Assembly: GCA_042216675.1 (NCBI GenBank)
Contig: JBDGTS010000020.1
Coordinates: 1-64,000 of the forward strand
Length of the DNA stretch: 64,000 nt
Direction: 5' to 3'
From: Halobacteriaceae archaeon
GTDB lineage: Archaea; Halobacteriota; Halobacteria; Halobacteriales; Halobacteriaceae
The notes beneath the pieces were generated by a model. It saw only the letters and a list, made by a program, of their open reading frames with translations, had not been told where the DNA came from and did no database searches. This document shows positions 46,842-56,758 of this stretch, piece by piece. The translations under genes and the position numbers were made by a program. The first letter of the stretch is position 1, and each line of letters opens with the position of its first letter.

Positions 46842-47344
46842 TCAGTCGAGGTAGGGGTCCTCGATGTCCGTCGCGCCGCCGAGAAGTGCCGTGACGCGGC
46901 GCGTGACGAGGTCGAACACGACCACGAGGGGGTAGAGCAGGCGCTCGACGACCCGAATCGGACCCGCGACGACGAGCGACCAGCGCTCGGCGTTCCCGAG
47001 GCCGTAGGACTTCGAGACGATCTCGCCGAACACGAGGACGACGAAACTCGCCACCACCGTCGCGACGGGAATCGCCTCGCCAGCGGGGAGATACCGGACG
47101 AGGATGCCCGTCGAAATGCTCGCGATGGCGACGTTGACGACGTTGTTGCCGACCAGAATCGTCACATGCAGTCGGTGGGGGTTGCGCCGCAGGGAAGCGA
47201 GGACGGCGGCCCGCCCGTCACCCTCCGGGGCCCACTCGGCCGGGAGCGTGAAAATCGCCGTCTCGCTGCTGGAGAAGAACGCGCTGAGCGCCACCAGTCC
47301 GACGATGGCGCGGTGCCGAGGAGCGTGAACGTGTCGAGAGCCAT
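46842..47344 (-). pseudogene. CNNM/DUF21 transmembrane-domain gene with an apparent 1-nt frameshift near 47310
   Basis: SAFFSSSETAIF, TILVGNNVVN, LVFGEIVSK; the ATG at 47344 (MALDTFTLLGT) is one base out of frame with AIVGLVALSAFF. Confidence 0.6.
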
Positions 47345-47382
47345 GGGCACCCTGCGTCGGCGAGAGGTAAAGAACCGGGGCC

Positions 47383-48576
47383 CTACTCCGCCGGCGGGAG
47401 CGTCCCCGCCTCGGGAACGTCCGCGAGGTAGAGGTTGGCGTACTCGGTCCGGTCGCTACAGAACAGCACCTGCTCCCCGTCGGGGCTGAACCGCGGGTGG
47501 ACGTGGAGGCGCCCGAAGTCGAACGTGCTGGCGCCGTGGCGGGCGAGACGCCGCGGGCCGTCGTAGCCGTCGCCGTCCCGGCGCCAGAGGAACAGATACG
47601 GGTCGTCGGGCGTGCCGTCGGAGACGACGGCCTCCCGGGAGTGCGCGTTGACGTGCCCCCGCGGCCCGTCGTGGTCGAAGACGGCGCGGGGAATCGGGTG
47701 CTCGACGCGGGACTCGTTGTCGTAGCCGGTGATGCCGAAGAACGGTTGGCCGTCGGGCCAGCGGCCGTGATAGCCCACGTCCTCGCCGTTTGCGAGCCAG
47801 AACTCGTGGCCCAGCATCTCGGAGTCGTCCTCGGGGCGAATCTTCCAGTTCTCGCCGGTGTCGAGGTTCAGCCCCCAGATGCGCTGGCTGGTTCGGTCCC
47901 ACGGCCCCTCTTGGGCGTAGGTGATGACGTCGGGGTTCGTCGGCGAGGCGTTCGTGTGGCTGAGTTCCGTCGCCTCCTCGTGGACCACCTCCGCCTCGCC
48001 GCCCGCGATGGGGACGCGGAGGATGCGCGTGACCGGTTCGGCCTCCCAGATGGCCGCCCCCTCGTGCCATCGGCCACCACTCGCGTCGGCCTCGACTTCC
48101 TCGCGGACGCTCGTGCAGACGTACCGCCCGTCGGCGGTGACGCTGTTGTGACAGCCCATGTAGGTGAAGCCGTCGGGCGTCTCGTACAGGACGTCGAGCG
48201 TGAGCGAATCCAAATCGAGAGCCACCAGTCGCTCGCCGTACCAGAAGTAGACGGCGCGCCGGGCGGCGTCGACGGCGGCGTTGCGGCTGAAGTGCGCGTA
48301 CGAGTCGTCGAGTGCGGGCAGGTCGGTGAGTTGCGTGACGGCCCCGGACTCCAGAGTCACCTCGTAGAGGTTGTGCGCGCCGCCCCGGTCGGAGTTGAAG
48401 ACGAGGCGGCGGCCGTCGTCGTACCAGCCGTCGTTGGTGAAGTAGAGGTGGTTGCTGTGCGCCGCGAAGTCCGTCAGTTTGCGGACCCGGACGCCCGTCT
48501 CGGGGTCGGCGAACGTCTCGTCGGCGGCGGGGAAACGCCGGCCGGCTTGGGGCCCCTGTGTGGGTCGTCGTTCCAT
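47383..48576 (-). CDS. Oligogalacturonate lyase-like beta-propeller (PL22/Ogl-like)
   Basis: FADPETG..VRKLT, HLYFT, LSHTNASP, QEGPW...QRIW, GHEFW, HVHPRFSPDG. Confidence 0.75.
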   Translation of the reverse strand: MERRPTQGPQAGRRFPAADETFADPETGVRVRKLTDFAAHSNHLYFTNDGWYDDGRRLVFNSDRGGAHNLYEVTLESGAVTQLTDLPALDDSYAHFSRNAAVDAARRAVYFWYGERLVALDLDSLTLDVLYETPDGFTYMGCHNSVTADGRYVCTSVREEVEADASGGRWHEGAAIWEAEPVTRILRVPIAGGEAEVVHEEATELSHTNASPTNPDVITYAQEGPWDRTSQRIWGLNLDTGENWKIRPEDDSEMLGHEFWLANGEDVGYHGRWPDGQPFFGITGYDNESRVEHPIPRAVFDHDGPRGHVNAHSREAVVSDGTPDDPYLFLWRRDGDGYDGPRRLARHGASTFDFGRLHVHPRFSPDGEQVLFCSDRTEYANLYLADVPEAGTLPPAE

Positions 48577-48622
48577 ACCACCCCGCGGCGCGCCATCCGC
48601 TTCAACGTTGGCCTGCCGGCAG

Positions 48623-48895
48623 TCACTCGATTTCGAGGGCCCCGCCGTCGGCGCCCTCGTCCCACTCCAGTTCGAACTCGACGCTGAGTTCGCCCTGCCC
48701 GTCTTCGGGGCCCTCGCGTTCGGCTTTCACCTCGAACGCCAGCCGTTCCGGCGGGTCGAGGGTCACCGACTCGTCGCCGGCGCGGAGGGTGATGTCGTCA
48801 CCGGCGTCGAGGCCGTCCGCGACGGCGCGGAGGTAGGACGCGATTTCGGCGCGCGACTGTTCGCTCTCGGACGCGAAGAGTACCTCTTCGGGCAT
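48623..48895 (-). CDS. Amphi-Trp domain protein
   Basis: MPEEVLFASE..QSRAEIASYLRAVAD...ELSVEFELEW. Confidence 0.8.
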   Translation of the reverse strand: MPEEVLFASESEQSRAEIASYLRAVADGLDAGDDITLRAGDESVTLDPPERLAFEVKAEREGPEDGQGELSVEFELEWDEGADGGALEIE

Positions 48896-48964
48896 ACCCG
48901 AACGGGGGCGCTCCGCGGACATAAGCACCACCCCGATTATGGGGTCGGCGGGGCAACGCCCAGT

Positions 48965-49549
48965 ATGCGCACCGACGACGCGACGGTGGCGGGCGCCCTC
49001 TTCGTCGCCCTCCCCGCCCTGTTCACGACGACGCTGATGCTCGCCGCGGCGATGGCGCCCGACTACGACGTGGGCGCCGCGGCCATCAGCGAACTCGGCG
49101 TGATTCCCGAGACGGCACTCCTGTTCAACGCGGCGATGGTCGCGACGGGCGTCGGCAACGCCGCGGCCGGGCGCTACTTCTATCGGGTCCACGGCCGGCG
49201 GTGGCTGGTCGCCCTGTTCGTCGTGGCCGGCGTCGGCACGGCGGGCGTGGGCGTCTTCCCGATGGACACCGGGGCGCCCCACGCCGTCGCCGCCTTCGTG
49301 GCGTTCTCGGCGTTCAATCTCCAAGCGCTCGGGACGGCGACGTGGCTCGACGGGGCGATGCGGGCGTTTGCCGTCGTCGCGGGCGTCGTCGGCCTCCTCG
49401 CACTCGGGTGGTTCGTCCTCGGCGGGGGCGAGGGGTCAGCGGCCTACGCGCCGTTCGGCTACGGCGGCGTCGAACGACTCATCGTCTACCCCGGACTCCT
49501 GTGGTCGGTGGCGCTCGGCGGGTATCTGCTCGCGCCGGGCCAGTCGTGA
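48965..49549 (+). CDS. DUF998 family membrane protein
   Basis: PDY....AISELG, LFN, VGVFP, PH, GGVERL. Confidence 0.78.
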   Translation: MRTDDATVAGALFVALPALFTTTLMLAAAMAPDYDVGAAAISELGVIPETALLFNAAMVATGVGNAAAGRYFYRVHGRRWLVALFVVAGVGTAGVGVFPMDTGAPHAVAAFVAFSAFNLQALGTATWLDGAMRAFAVVAGVVGLLALGWFVLGGGEGSAAYAPFGYGGVERLIVYPGLLWSVALGGYLLAPGQS

Positions 49550-49582
49550 CGCATTTCTAACTGGAGCGCGACGGCGGAGACG

Positions 49583-50248
49583 ATGCCCTCCACACGAGCG
49601 CTCGCGAACGGCCTCACCCTCGTCGGCGTCTTGCTCCTCCTCACGCCACAGGCGATGGCGGGGGTGAGCCTCGGGGCACAGACCATCCACTACGACGTGG
49701 GCTACGTCACGGTGACGGCCGACGGTCCGGAACTCACGGGCCGCGTGGACGACGTGCCCGACGCGGACGTGCTCTGCTGGACCTCGCTCTCCCGGGCCTG
49801 CCAACTGGAGCGCGCCCTGCTGAACCGACCCGTCGAAATCGACGCCGGACCGACGTACTACGACCGGTTCACGGAGTACAGCTATCTGCTCCACGAGGGG
49901 ACGTTCTACCGCACCGACGCCACGGAGACGGAACTCCGACTCACGCCCGTGAATGCGACCCGAGCGCTCGAACGCACCTCCGCGCCGGTGGACGCGCCGG
50001 CGGACGTCGTCGCGGCGTTCGCGGCGGGCCGGACGGAGGTGGCGACGCGCGCCACGCTTCCCACGCACCAACTCATGGCCCTCGGCGACGGCCGCTACGC
50101 CACGGTGCGCGAGGACTACCGGAGCCGTTCGGAGGTTGCGAAGCTACTGCACGGCCTCGAACCCCTCCTCGGACCCCTCGGATTTCTGCTCGGACTGGCG
50201 CTCGTCGTCGGCGGGCAACGGCGTGCCGTCCACGAGTGGTACCGGTAG
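49583..50248 (+). CDS. Hypothetical membrane-anchored protein
   Basis: N- and C-terminal TM segments; C...SRACQLER; YYDRF/TFYR. Confidence 0.6.
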   Translation: MPSTRALANGLTLVGVLLLLTPQAMAGVSLGAQTIHYDVGYVTVTADGPELTGRVDDVPDADVLCWTSLSRACQLERALLNRPVEIDAGPTYYDRFTEYSYLLHEGTFYRTDATETELRLTPVNATRALERTSAPVDAPADVVAAFAAGRTEVATRATLPTHQLMALGDGRYATVREDYRSRSEVAKLLHGLEPLLGPLGFLLGLALVVGGQRRAVHEWYR

Positions 50249-50306
50249 CCCCGAACCCCTCGGAAGTCCGAACGTTTAACACGGCGTGGGAAGCAGTCCG
50301 TGACAG

Positions 50307-52457
50307 ATGGCCGACTCGACGCCCGCCGCGGCCGCGGCGACTGTGCCCGCACCAGTCCCGCCCGACGACCCCGACGCGTGGTACGCGCCGGCGGTCCGCG
50401 CGCAACGAGAGGTGCATCCCGGCGTGATGGTGACGGTTCGGGGTGACGGCCGCGACTACGTGTACGACGTGCGCGAGCCGACGCCCGCGGCGCGCGGCGA
50501 GGCGGTGGTGACCCGAGTCGAAGAGCACTTCGCCGACGCCAACCGCTCGCGGCCCCGGACCCGCGAGGGCACCCGCGAGCGCATGGCCGCCGGGTTCGAG
50601 GGGAAGTACGAGCGCGCGCTGGAGCGACTGCTCGCGGACGTGGACTCACGGGCGACGCGGCGGCGGGTACGCTACCGAGCGCTTCGGGACCTGCGGTGTC
50701 TCGGCCCGGTGACGCCCCTCGCGCTGGACGACGCGGTGGAGGTGGCCGAGGCGGGCGACGAGCGTGTGCGGGTCCACACCGAGCGGTTCGCGCCGGCGCG
50801 GACCGACCTGCCCGCGGACGCCGACTACCTCGACAGAGTGTTGAGCGAGCGACTGCGCCGCTACACGGTGCCGTTTCGGGAGTTCGACGTGCCCGTCGTC
50901 GTGTTCCGAGAGCGGATGTTGGGCATCGACGCCTTCGACGTGAAGTACGCCGTCCTCGAACCGGACCTGCTGCCCGGCGACAGGACCCTCATCGCGGAGT
51001 GCAAGGACCGGCTGTGGGAGGAGAACGTCGACGGCGTCGTCGAGGACCGGGCCGCGTTCGTTCGGGAGCGAGCGCGGCAGTTCCTCGCGCGGCAGCTGAC
51101 GGCGCGAAACGCCAGCGCGTGGCTGGACGCCACGGCGTACCGCGTCCGGCGGGCGCTCTCCGAGTACGGCGTCGGCGTGCCGCCGGTGGGCGAGCGCTAC
51201 TCGACGGACCGACTGGACGACCTCATCTACTACGTCCTGCGGGACTTCGTCGGTGACGACAAACTGACGGTGCCGATTCGCGACGACACCTTAGAAGACG
51301 TCGAGGCGAACCGCGTCGGCGAGCGAATCAAGGTGGTGCCACGGCCCCACGTCCACGACGGGCGCGTGCCGACGAACCTCGTCTTCGAGGACGAAGCGCG
51401 CTTCACGAACGTCGTCACGCAACTCGCGGCGGGCGGCGGCGTCGAACTCAACGCCTCCCGCCCCTCCGCGAAGGTGAATCTGGACCCCGTGGAGGTGCCC
51501 GACGACCTGACGATTCGCTGCGCGGTGGCGCTCCCCGTCATCAGCGAGGACGGCCCCCACGTCTCCATCCGCAAGCAGTCGCCCGAGGCGATGACGCCCG
51601 CGGACCTCGTGGCGCGCGACAGCGTCTCGCCCGGCCTCGTCGCCCTCCTCTGGATGGCCTACGAACACCGGGGCGTCGTCCTGTTCTCGGGGCCGACGGG
51701 CGTGGGCAAGACGACGCTGATGAACGCCCACATGCCCTTTATCCCCTACGACGACCGGCCAATCTCCATCGACGAGGGCTCCCGCGAGGTCCGTCTGCCA
51801 CAGGAGACGGGCGTCTCGCTGACGACCCGCGACCACGAGAACGAGTACAAGCGCGTCTCGATGGCCGACCTGATGACCGAGACGAACTACCTCAACCCCG
51901 ACGTCGAGGTCATCGCCGAAATCAACACGCCCGAGTCGTTCGCGACGTTCGGCGAAGTGCTGAACACCGGCCACGGCGTCGTGGGCACCACCCACGCCGA
52001 GGACGTGGACACGCTGATCAACCGCACCATCGAGCAGGGACTGCCGGCGTATCTCCTTCGGGAGCTGGACCTCGTCGTGTTCCCCAAGCACGTCGACGAC
52101 GAGCGATACGTCGGCGACGTCGTGGAGTTCGTGGACCCCGAGGCCGCCGATCTGCCCGGCGCGGGCGGCCGGACGACGAAGGCCGGCGAGGACATCGTCT
52201 GGAACCGCGTCGCCCACCGTGACTACGACGGCGACTTCCACCTCGCGGGCGACGGCGACGCGGACGCCATCCGCTTCTTCGACCGGGTGGCCCGCGCGAC
52301 GGACCGCCCCGTCGCGGAGGCGGAGGCCGAGTTCGAGCGCAAGCGCCGCTACGTCGAGTACATGGTCCAAGAGGGGATGACGGACTTCGAGGCCGTCTTC
52401 GAGTTCCTCTCGGACCTGCGCAACGAGGAGGCGGCGACGGTGGAGGGCCTGCGGTAG
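50307..52457 (+). CDS. Type IV pilus/T2SS ATPase (PilB/FlaI-like), stand-alone
   Basis: Walker A GPTGVGKT, IDEGSREV, EVIAEI, GTTHAE; TTTAA about 28 nt upstream. Confidence 0.85.
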   Translation: MADSTPAAAAATVPAPVPPDDPDAWYAPAVRAQREVHPGVMVTVRGDGRDYVYDVREPTPAARGEAVVTRVEEHFADANRSRPRTREGTRERMAAGFEGKYERALERLLADVDSRATRRRVRYRALRDLRCLGPVTPLALDDAVEVAEAGDERVRVHTERFAPARTDLPADADYLDRVLSERLRRYTVPFREFDVPVVVFRERMLGIDAFDVKYAVLEPDLLPGDRTLIAECKDRLWEENVDGVVEDRAAFVRERARQFLARQLTARNASAWLDATAYRVRRALSEYGVGVPPVGERYSTDRLDDLIYYVLRDFVGDDKLTVPIRDDTLEDVEANRVGERIKVVPRPHVHDGRVPTNLVFEDEARFTNVVTQLAAGGGVELNASRPSAKVNLDPVEVPDDLTIRCAVALPVISEDGPHVSIRKQSPEAMTPADLVARDSVSPGLVALLWMAYEHRGVVLFSGPTGVGKTTLMNAHMPFIPYDDRPISIDEGSREVRLPQETGVSLTTRDHENEYKRVSMADLMTETNYLNPDVEVIAEINTPESFATFGEVLNTGHGVVGTTHAEDVDTLINRTIEQGLPAYLLRELDLVVFPKHVDDERYVGDVVEFVDPEAADLPGAGGRTTKAGEDIVWNRVAHRDYDGDFHLAGDGDADAIRFFDRVARATDRPVAEAEAEFERKRRYVEYMVQEGMTDFEAVFEFLSDLRNEEAATVEGLR

Positions 52458-52523
52458 CGGCGACAGATTGACGGTCCGCCGACGGGTGGTCACCGCCATG
52501 CGCGACCGGAGGCGAGCGAGGCC

Positions 52524-53609
52524 GTGACGGACGACGTACTGCGGCAGGGCCACGCCCAGACCCCCGCGGAAGCCGCCGCCGAACTCCGACAATTCCGCGA
52601 GTCGTGGGATTCGCTCGCGGAGTGGGAACGGCGGGCGGAGACGGTGCGCGCGGGCATCCGCCGCGGCCTGAAGTTGCGCGACCCGCCCGAGAAGACGCCG
52701 CTCCGGCCCGAGCGCCACGACAGACGCGAGTACGACGGCTACGTCGTCGAGAACCTCGCCTTCGAGAGTGCGCCGGGATTCTACGTGACGGGGAGTCTCT
52801 ACCGCCCCACCGACCACGACGGGTCGCTGGCCGGGATCCTCTGCCCCCACGGCCACGGGGGGCGGTTCCTCGCCGAGCGACAGACGCGCTGTGCCGCCCT
52901 CGCGCGGATGGGCGCGACGGTGTTCCAGTACGACATGGTCGGCTACGGCGACTGGAGGGAGGCCGGCTGGGACCACGAGGAGACGCCCGAGGTGCTCCGC
53001 CTGCAGACGTGGAACAGCGTCCGCGCCCTCGACTTCCTGCAGTCGCTGTCGGCGGTGGACCCGGACCGAATCGGGATGACTGGCTGTTCCGGCGGCGGGA
53101 CCCAGACGTTCCTCCTCGCGGCTCTCGACGACCGGGTGGCCGTCTCGGTGCCCGTCTGTCAGGTGTCGGCGCACTTCTTCGGTGGCTGTGCCTGCGAGAG
53201 CGGCATGCCAATCCACCGCGGCCCGGAGTACGTCACGAACAACGCAGAAATCGCGGCGCTCGCGGCCCCGCGGCCCCAACTCGTGATTTCCGACGGCGAC
53301 GACTGGACGACGCACACGCCGGAGACGGAGTTCCCGTACATCGAGTCGGTCTACCGCGCGTACGGCGCCGCGGACGGAGTCGAGAACGTCCACCTCCCCG
53401 ACGAGGGCCACGACTACGGGCCGTCGAAGCGCGCGGCGGCCTACCCGTTCCTCGCGACCCATCTCGGCCTCGACGTCGACGCAGTGACGGACGCGGACGG
53501 CGAAATCGACGAGTCCTTCGTCACCACCGAGGACCGGGCCGACATGCTCGTCTTCGGCCCGGACAACCCCCGCCCGGACGACGCGGCGCCGCCGAACACC
53601 GCGCTGTAG
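52524..53609 (+). CDS. Alpha/beta hydrolase, acetylxylan-esterase-like carbohydrate esterase
   Basis: LCPHGH, YDMVGYG, GCSGGG nucleophile elbow, APRP, GHDY. Confidence 0.8.
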   Translation: MTDDVLRQGHAQTPAEAAAELRQFRESWDSLAEWERRAETVRAGIRRGLKLRDPPEKTPLRPERHDRREYDGYVVENLAFESAPGFYVTGSLYRPTDHDGSLAGILCPHGHGGRFLAERQTRCAALARMGATVFQYDMVGYGDWREAGWDHEETPEVLRLQTWNSVRALDFLQSLSAVDPDRIGMTGCSGGGTQTFLLAALDDRVAVSVPVCQVSAHFFGGCACESGMPIHRGPEYVTNNAEIAALAAPRPQLVISDGDDWTTHTPETEFPYIESVYRAYGAADGVENVHLPDEGHDYGPSKRAAAYPFLATHLGLDVDAVTDADGEIDESFVTTEDRADMLVFGPDNPRPDDAAPPNTAL

Positions 53610-54404
53610 TCAGTCCGGCAGGTCCTCGACGGCCACCGGCGTCGCGTCGGCGCGGTGCGCCTCGAACATCTCGACGGCCCACGCGCGCACCGTCTCGTCG
53701 TCGGACTCCACGACGGCAGGGCGAGTACCGTCCTCGTCGGAGAGCATCAACACCACCGTCTCGTCGGCTATCATCAGGTCCACCGGCACCGCGCGGTCCG
53801 TACGGAAGTGCTCGCCCTGTCCGCTCGCGGCGATGTCGCGGAGCCACGCCCGCATCTCCGGGTCGGTGGCGATGGCCGAGAGCGAGCGCTCGGCGTGGAC
53901 GACGGCGAAGGACTGCTCGGACTCGGAGACGGCCTCGCGGTGGTGGCGGATGGCCGCCGGCTTGGCCGTCCGAGAGAGGACGCGCACCGCGTCGGCGTCG
54001 GCCATCACCGACGCGTAGCGGCGCGCCGGGGCCGTCGGGTCGGCAGGGTCGGCCTCGGTGACCGTCGCGTCCGCGAACGCCCGGAAGTCCACGTCGATGG
54101 CGTCGGTGGGAAGCAGACCCAGAACATCGCGGAACCGCCGGCCCACGGCGGCGGAGTCCAGCAGTCGCGAGAGGTCCTCGGCGAGGAGGCGGCCCAGCGG
54201 CGTCACGCGGTAGGTGTCGCCGTCGCGGACCGCCCAGTTGCGGTCGGTGAAGTCGCCGAGGATGCGGCCGACGGTGACCCGCGAGGCGCCCGTCGCGTCC
54301 ACGAGGTCGGTGCGCGTCCGCGGACCGTCGGCGAGTTCGCGCAGGACCGTGACGCGGTGGGCCGAGCGGGTGAGAAAGGCCACGTCCTCCAGCGAGTCGC
54401 TCAT
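53610..54404 (-). CDS. Haloarchaeal winged-HTH transcriptional regulator
   Basis: FLTRSAHRVTVL..L.....RTDL......SRVTVGRIL.DF...W; C-terminal VRAWA. Confidence 0.8.
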   Translation of the reverse strand: MSDSLEDVAFLTRSAHRVTVLRELADGPRTRTDLVDATGASRVTVGRILGDFTDRNWAVRDGDTYRVTPLGRLLAEDLSRLLDSAAVGRRFRDVLGLLPTDAIDVDFRAFADATVTEADPADPTAPARRYASVMADADAVRVLSRTAKPAAIRHHREAVSESEQSFAVVHAERSLSAIATDPEMRAWLRDIAASGQGEHFRTDRAVPVDLMIADETVVLMLSDEDGTRPAVVESDDETVRAWAVEMFEAHRADATPVAVEDLPD

Positions 54405-54441
54405 GGGCCCCGTTGCCGGAGATGGCGCTTCAGCCTTCCGC

Positions 54442-55371
54442 TCACGCCACCTGCGTCAGCGCCACCCCGGCGACGATGGCGACGACCGCACCGAGGAGGC
54501 GCGGGGACCGAGGGGGCGCCCCGGCGGCGGCGTAGGTGGCGCCGACCACGAGCAGCGGGTAGGTGTAGACGAGGGGCAACACGACCACCACGTCGCCGAG
54601 TCGGAGCGCCGCGAACTGACCGAGCCACGCCGCCGCGACGAGGGCGCCCGCGACGACGAACGGGACGAGCGCGCGGGGACGGGTCCACACCGCGCGGGCC
54701 GTCCGGCGGCGGGCGGGCGAGACGACTGCCGCGCCGGCGAACACGACGGCCGCAGTGGTCTGGGTGACGGCCGTCGCGACGAGCGGTCGGGGGAAGCCCG
54801 CGAGGCCCCAATCCACGACGACGTAGCCGACGCCGACGGCGAGTGCCGCCCCGACGGGGTATGCGAACGCCCGGGGGTCGGCGTCACCGAGGGCCGTGAG
54901 GACCGGGTCGTCCGCGTCCGGGCCGGCCGATTTGCCGACGAACTGCAGGAGGGCGCCCCCGCCGACGACGGCCAGCAAGCCAACGGCATCGCTCACCGGG
55001 AGCGGTGCGCCGAACGCGACGACGGCCAGCGCCACGGCCACGACGGGGTTCGCGGTGACGACGGCCGCGGAGACGGACGGCCCCACCCGGTCGATACCCG
55101 CGTAGTAGAGCAAGCGGAAGGCGGCGGGGTAGAGGACGCCCGCGGCGACGAAGGGACGGAGGCGAGCGGGGTCGGCCGGGAGCGAGGCCCCCCGGACGAG
55201 CGCCACCCCCCAGAACGCGACGAGGCTGACGACGACGGAGACGAGGGCCGCCGCGAACGCGGGGGCGTCGAGGTCCGACGCCCCGTCGAGGCCCCGCCCG
55301 ACGACGAGTGCCTGCAGGCCGAAACAGCACGCGGTGAACAGCGAGAGCGCCACGACGAGGTCAGCGGTCAT
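54442..55371 (-). CDS. EamA/DMT family transporter
   Basis: About 10 TM; YAGIDRVGPSVS, NPVVA, ALRLGDVVVVLPL..TYP. Confidence 0.8.
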   Translation of the reverse strand: MTADLVVALSLFTACCFGLQALVVGRGLDGASDLDAPAFAAALVSVVVSLVAFWGVALVRGASLPADPARLRPFVAAGVLYPAAFRLLYYAGIDRVGPSVSAAVVTANPVVAVALAVVAFGAPLPVSDAVGLLAVVGGGALLQFVGKSAGPDADDPVLTALGDADPRAFAYPVGAALAVGVGYVVVDWGLAGFPRPLVATAVTQTTAAVVFAGAAVVSPARRRTARAVWTRPRALVPFVVAGALVAAAWLGQFAALRLGDVVVVLPLVYTYPLLVVGATYAAAGAPPRSPRLLGAVVAIVAGVALTQVA

Positions 55372-55563
55372 ACACGAACCGAAGGACCGACGCCGGATGG
55401 TGATTCCCGGCGAACACGGTTCGCGGTCGGGTGGGACGACGGCCGCTGAAGGACGTTCACGGCGTGAATCAGACGCGATTTCGTATCGCGGAGAACGGTT
55501 TATTGGGCCGGTCCCGGCGCGGGACGGCCAACTGTTTTGGCACTCGGTCGCACACGTCACGGT

Positions 55564-56454
55564 ATGGAGACGCGACCACTGGGCGACACGGGCCACGACA
55601 GTTCAATCGTCACCTTCGGCGCCATCGCGCTCGATTCGCTGACGCAGGCGGACGCGAACGCGATGGTGGACGACGTCCTCGACGCCGGCGTCAACCACGT
55701 CGACGTGGCGCCGTCGTACGGCGACGCCGAACGGAAACTCGCGCCGAAACTCGCGGAGCGACGCGACGAGGTGTTTCTGGGCTGTAAGACACAGGAGCGC
55801 TCCTACTACGGCGCGTGGGGGTCGCTGGAACGCTCGCTGGACCGCCTCGGCGTCGACAAAATCGACCTGTACCAGTTCCACGCCGTCACGCGCTACGACC
55901 AACTCGACGCCATCACGGGCGACGCGACGCGCGACCGCGGCGAGGGGGACCACGGCGGCGCCCTCGCGGCGTTCAAAGAGGCACAGGAGGAGGGCCTCAT
56001 CGACCACGTCGGCCTGACGAGCCACGGCGACCCGAGCGTCATCCGGAGCGCGATGGACCGCATCCCCGAACTGGAGACGGTGATGTTTCCGTTCAACGCG
56101 ACGCTGGACGCGAAGGAAGGGCCGGAACACGACTACCGCGCGGTCCTGGACGACGCACGGGAGCGGGGACTGGGCACACTCTGTATCAAGGCCTTCGCGA
56201 AGGGGCCGTGGCCGGAGGACGGCGAGCGGCCCTACGCGACGTGGTACGAACCGTACGACGACCCCGACGACTTAGCGGAGTGCCTGCGCTACGCCCTCTC
56301 GCAGGGGATGACCTCGATTCCGAACGCGGGGGACCCGGCCCTCGTGGCGCCGATTCTGGAGGCGGCGAACCGCTTCGAGGAACTCCCCGCGGACGAGCAA
56401 GCGGCCGTGCGCGCCGACAGGGAGGACGACGACTCGCCGGTGCCCTCGCCCTGA
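55564..56454 (+). CDS. Aldo/keto reductase
   Basis: RPLGDTG, DVAPSYG, GCKT, IDLYQFH, GLTSH. Confidence 0.88.
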   Translation: METRPLGDTGHDSSIVTFGAIALDSLTQADANAMVDDVLDAGVNHVDVAPSYGDAERKLAPKLAERRDEVFLGCKTQERSYYGAWGSLERSLDRLGVDKIDLYQFHAVTRYDQLDAITGDATRDRGEGDHGGALAAFKEAQEEGLIDHVGLTSHGDPSVIRSAMDRIPELETVMFPFNATLDAKEGPEHDYRAVLDDARERGLGTLCIKAFAKGPWPEDGERPYATWYEPYDDPDDLAECLRYALSQGMTSIPNAGDPALVAPILEAANRFEELPADEQAAVRADREDDDSPVPSP

Positions 56455-56758
56455 GTGCGTCCGCCGGAACAGAGTCACAGTCCGCCGGGCCCGCGCGTCG
56501 GGTCGACGTCATCCTGTTCGGGACGGTGGCTGTGTTTGGGTGCGTCCCAGAACGGGTTGTCTGGGCCAGGCCCGATTGCCACCATCGGGGACGCAGTGAG
56601 CAAACAGACGCGTGTGACGGACCGCTGTTCGTCCTCGCGGTCGGCCGGAGACTATCACTGCCATCCCGCTCGAACAGGTCGGTTCGGACGGCTCCGGACC
56701 GAGAGCGCGACGCGGGGGAAACGTTTATACGCCCTCTATATGGGGTGACGCGCGGATC

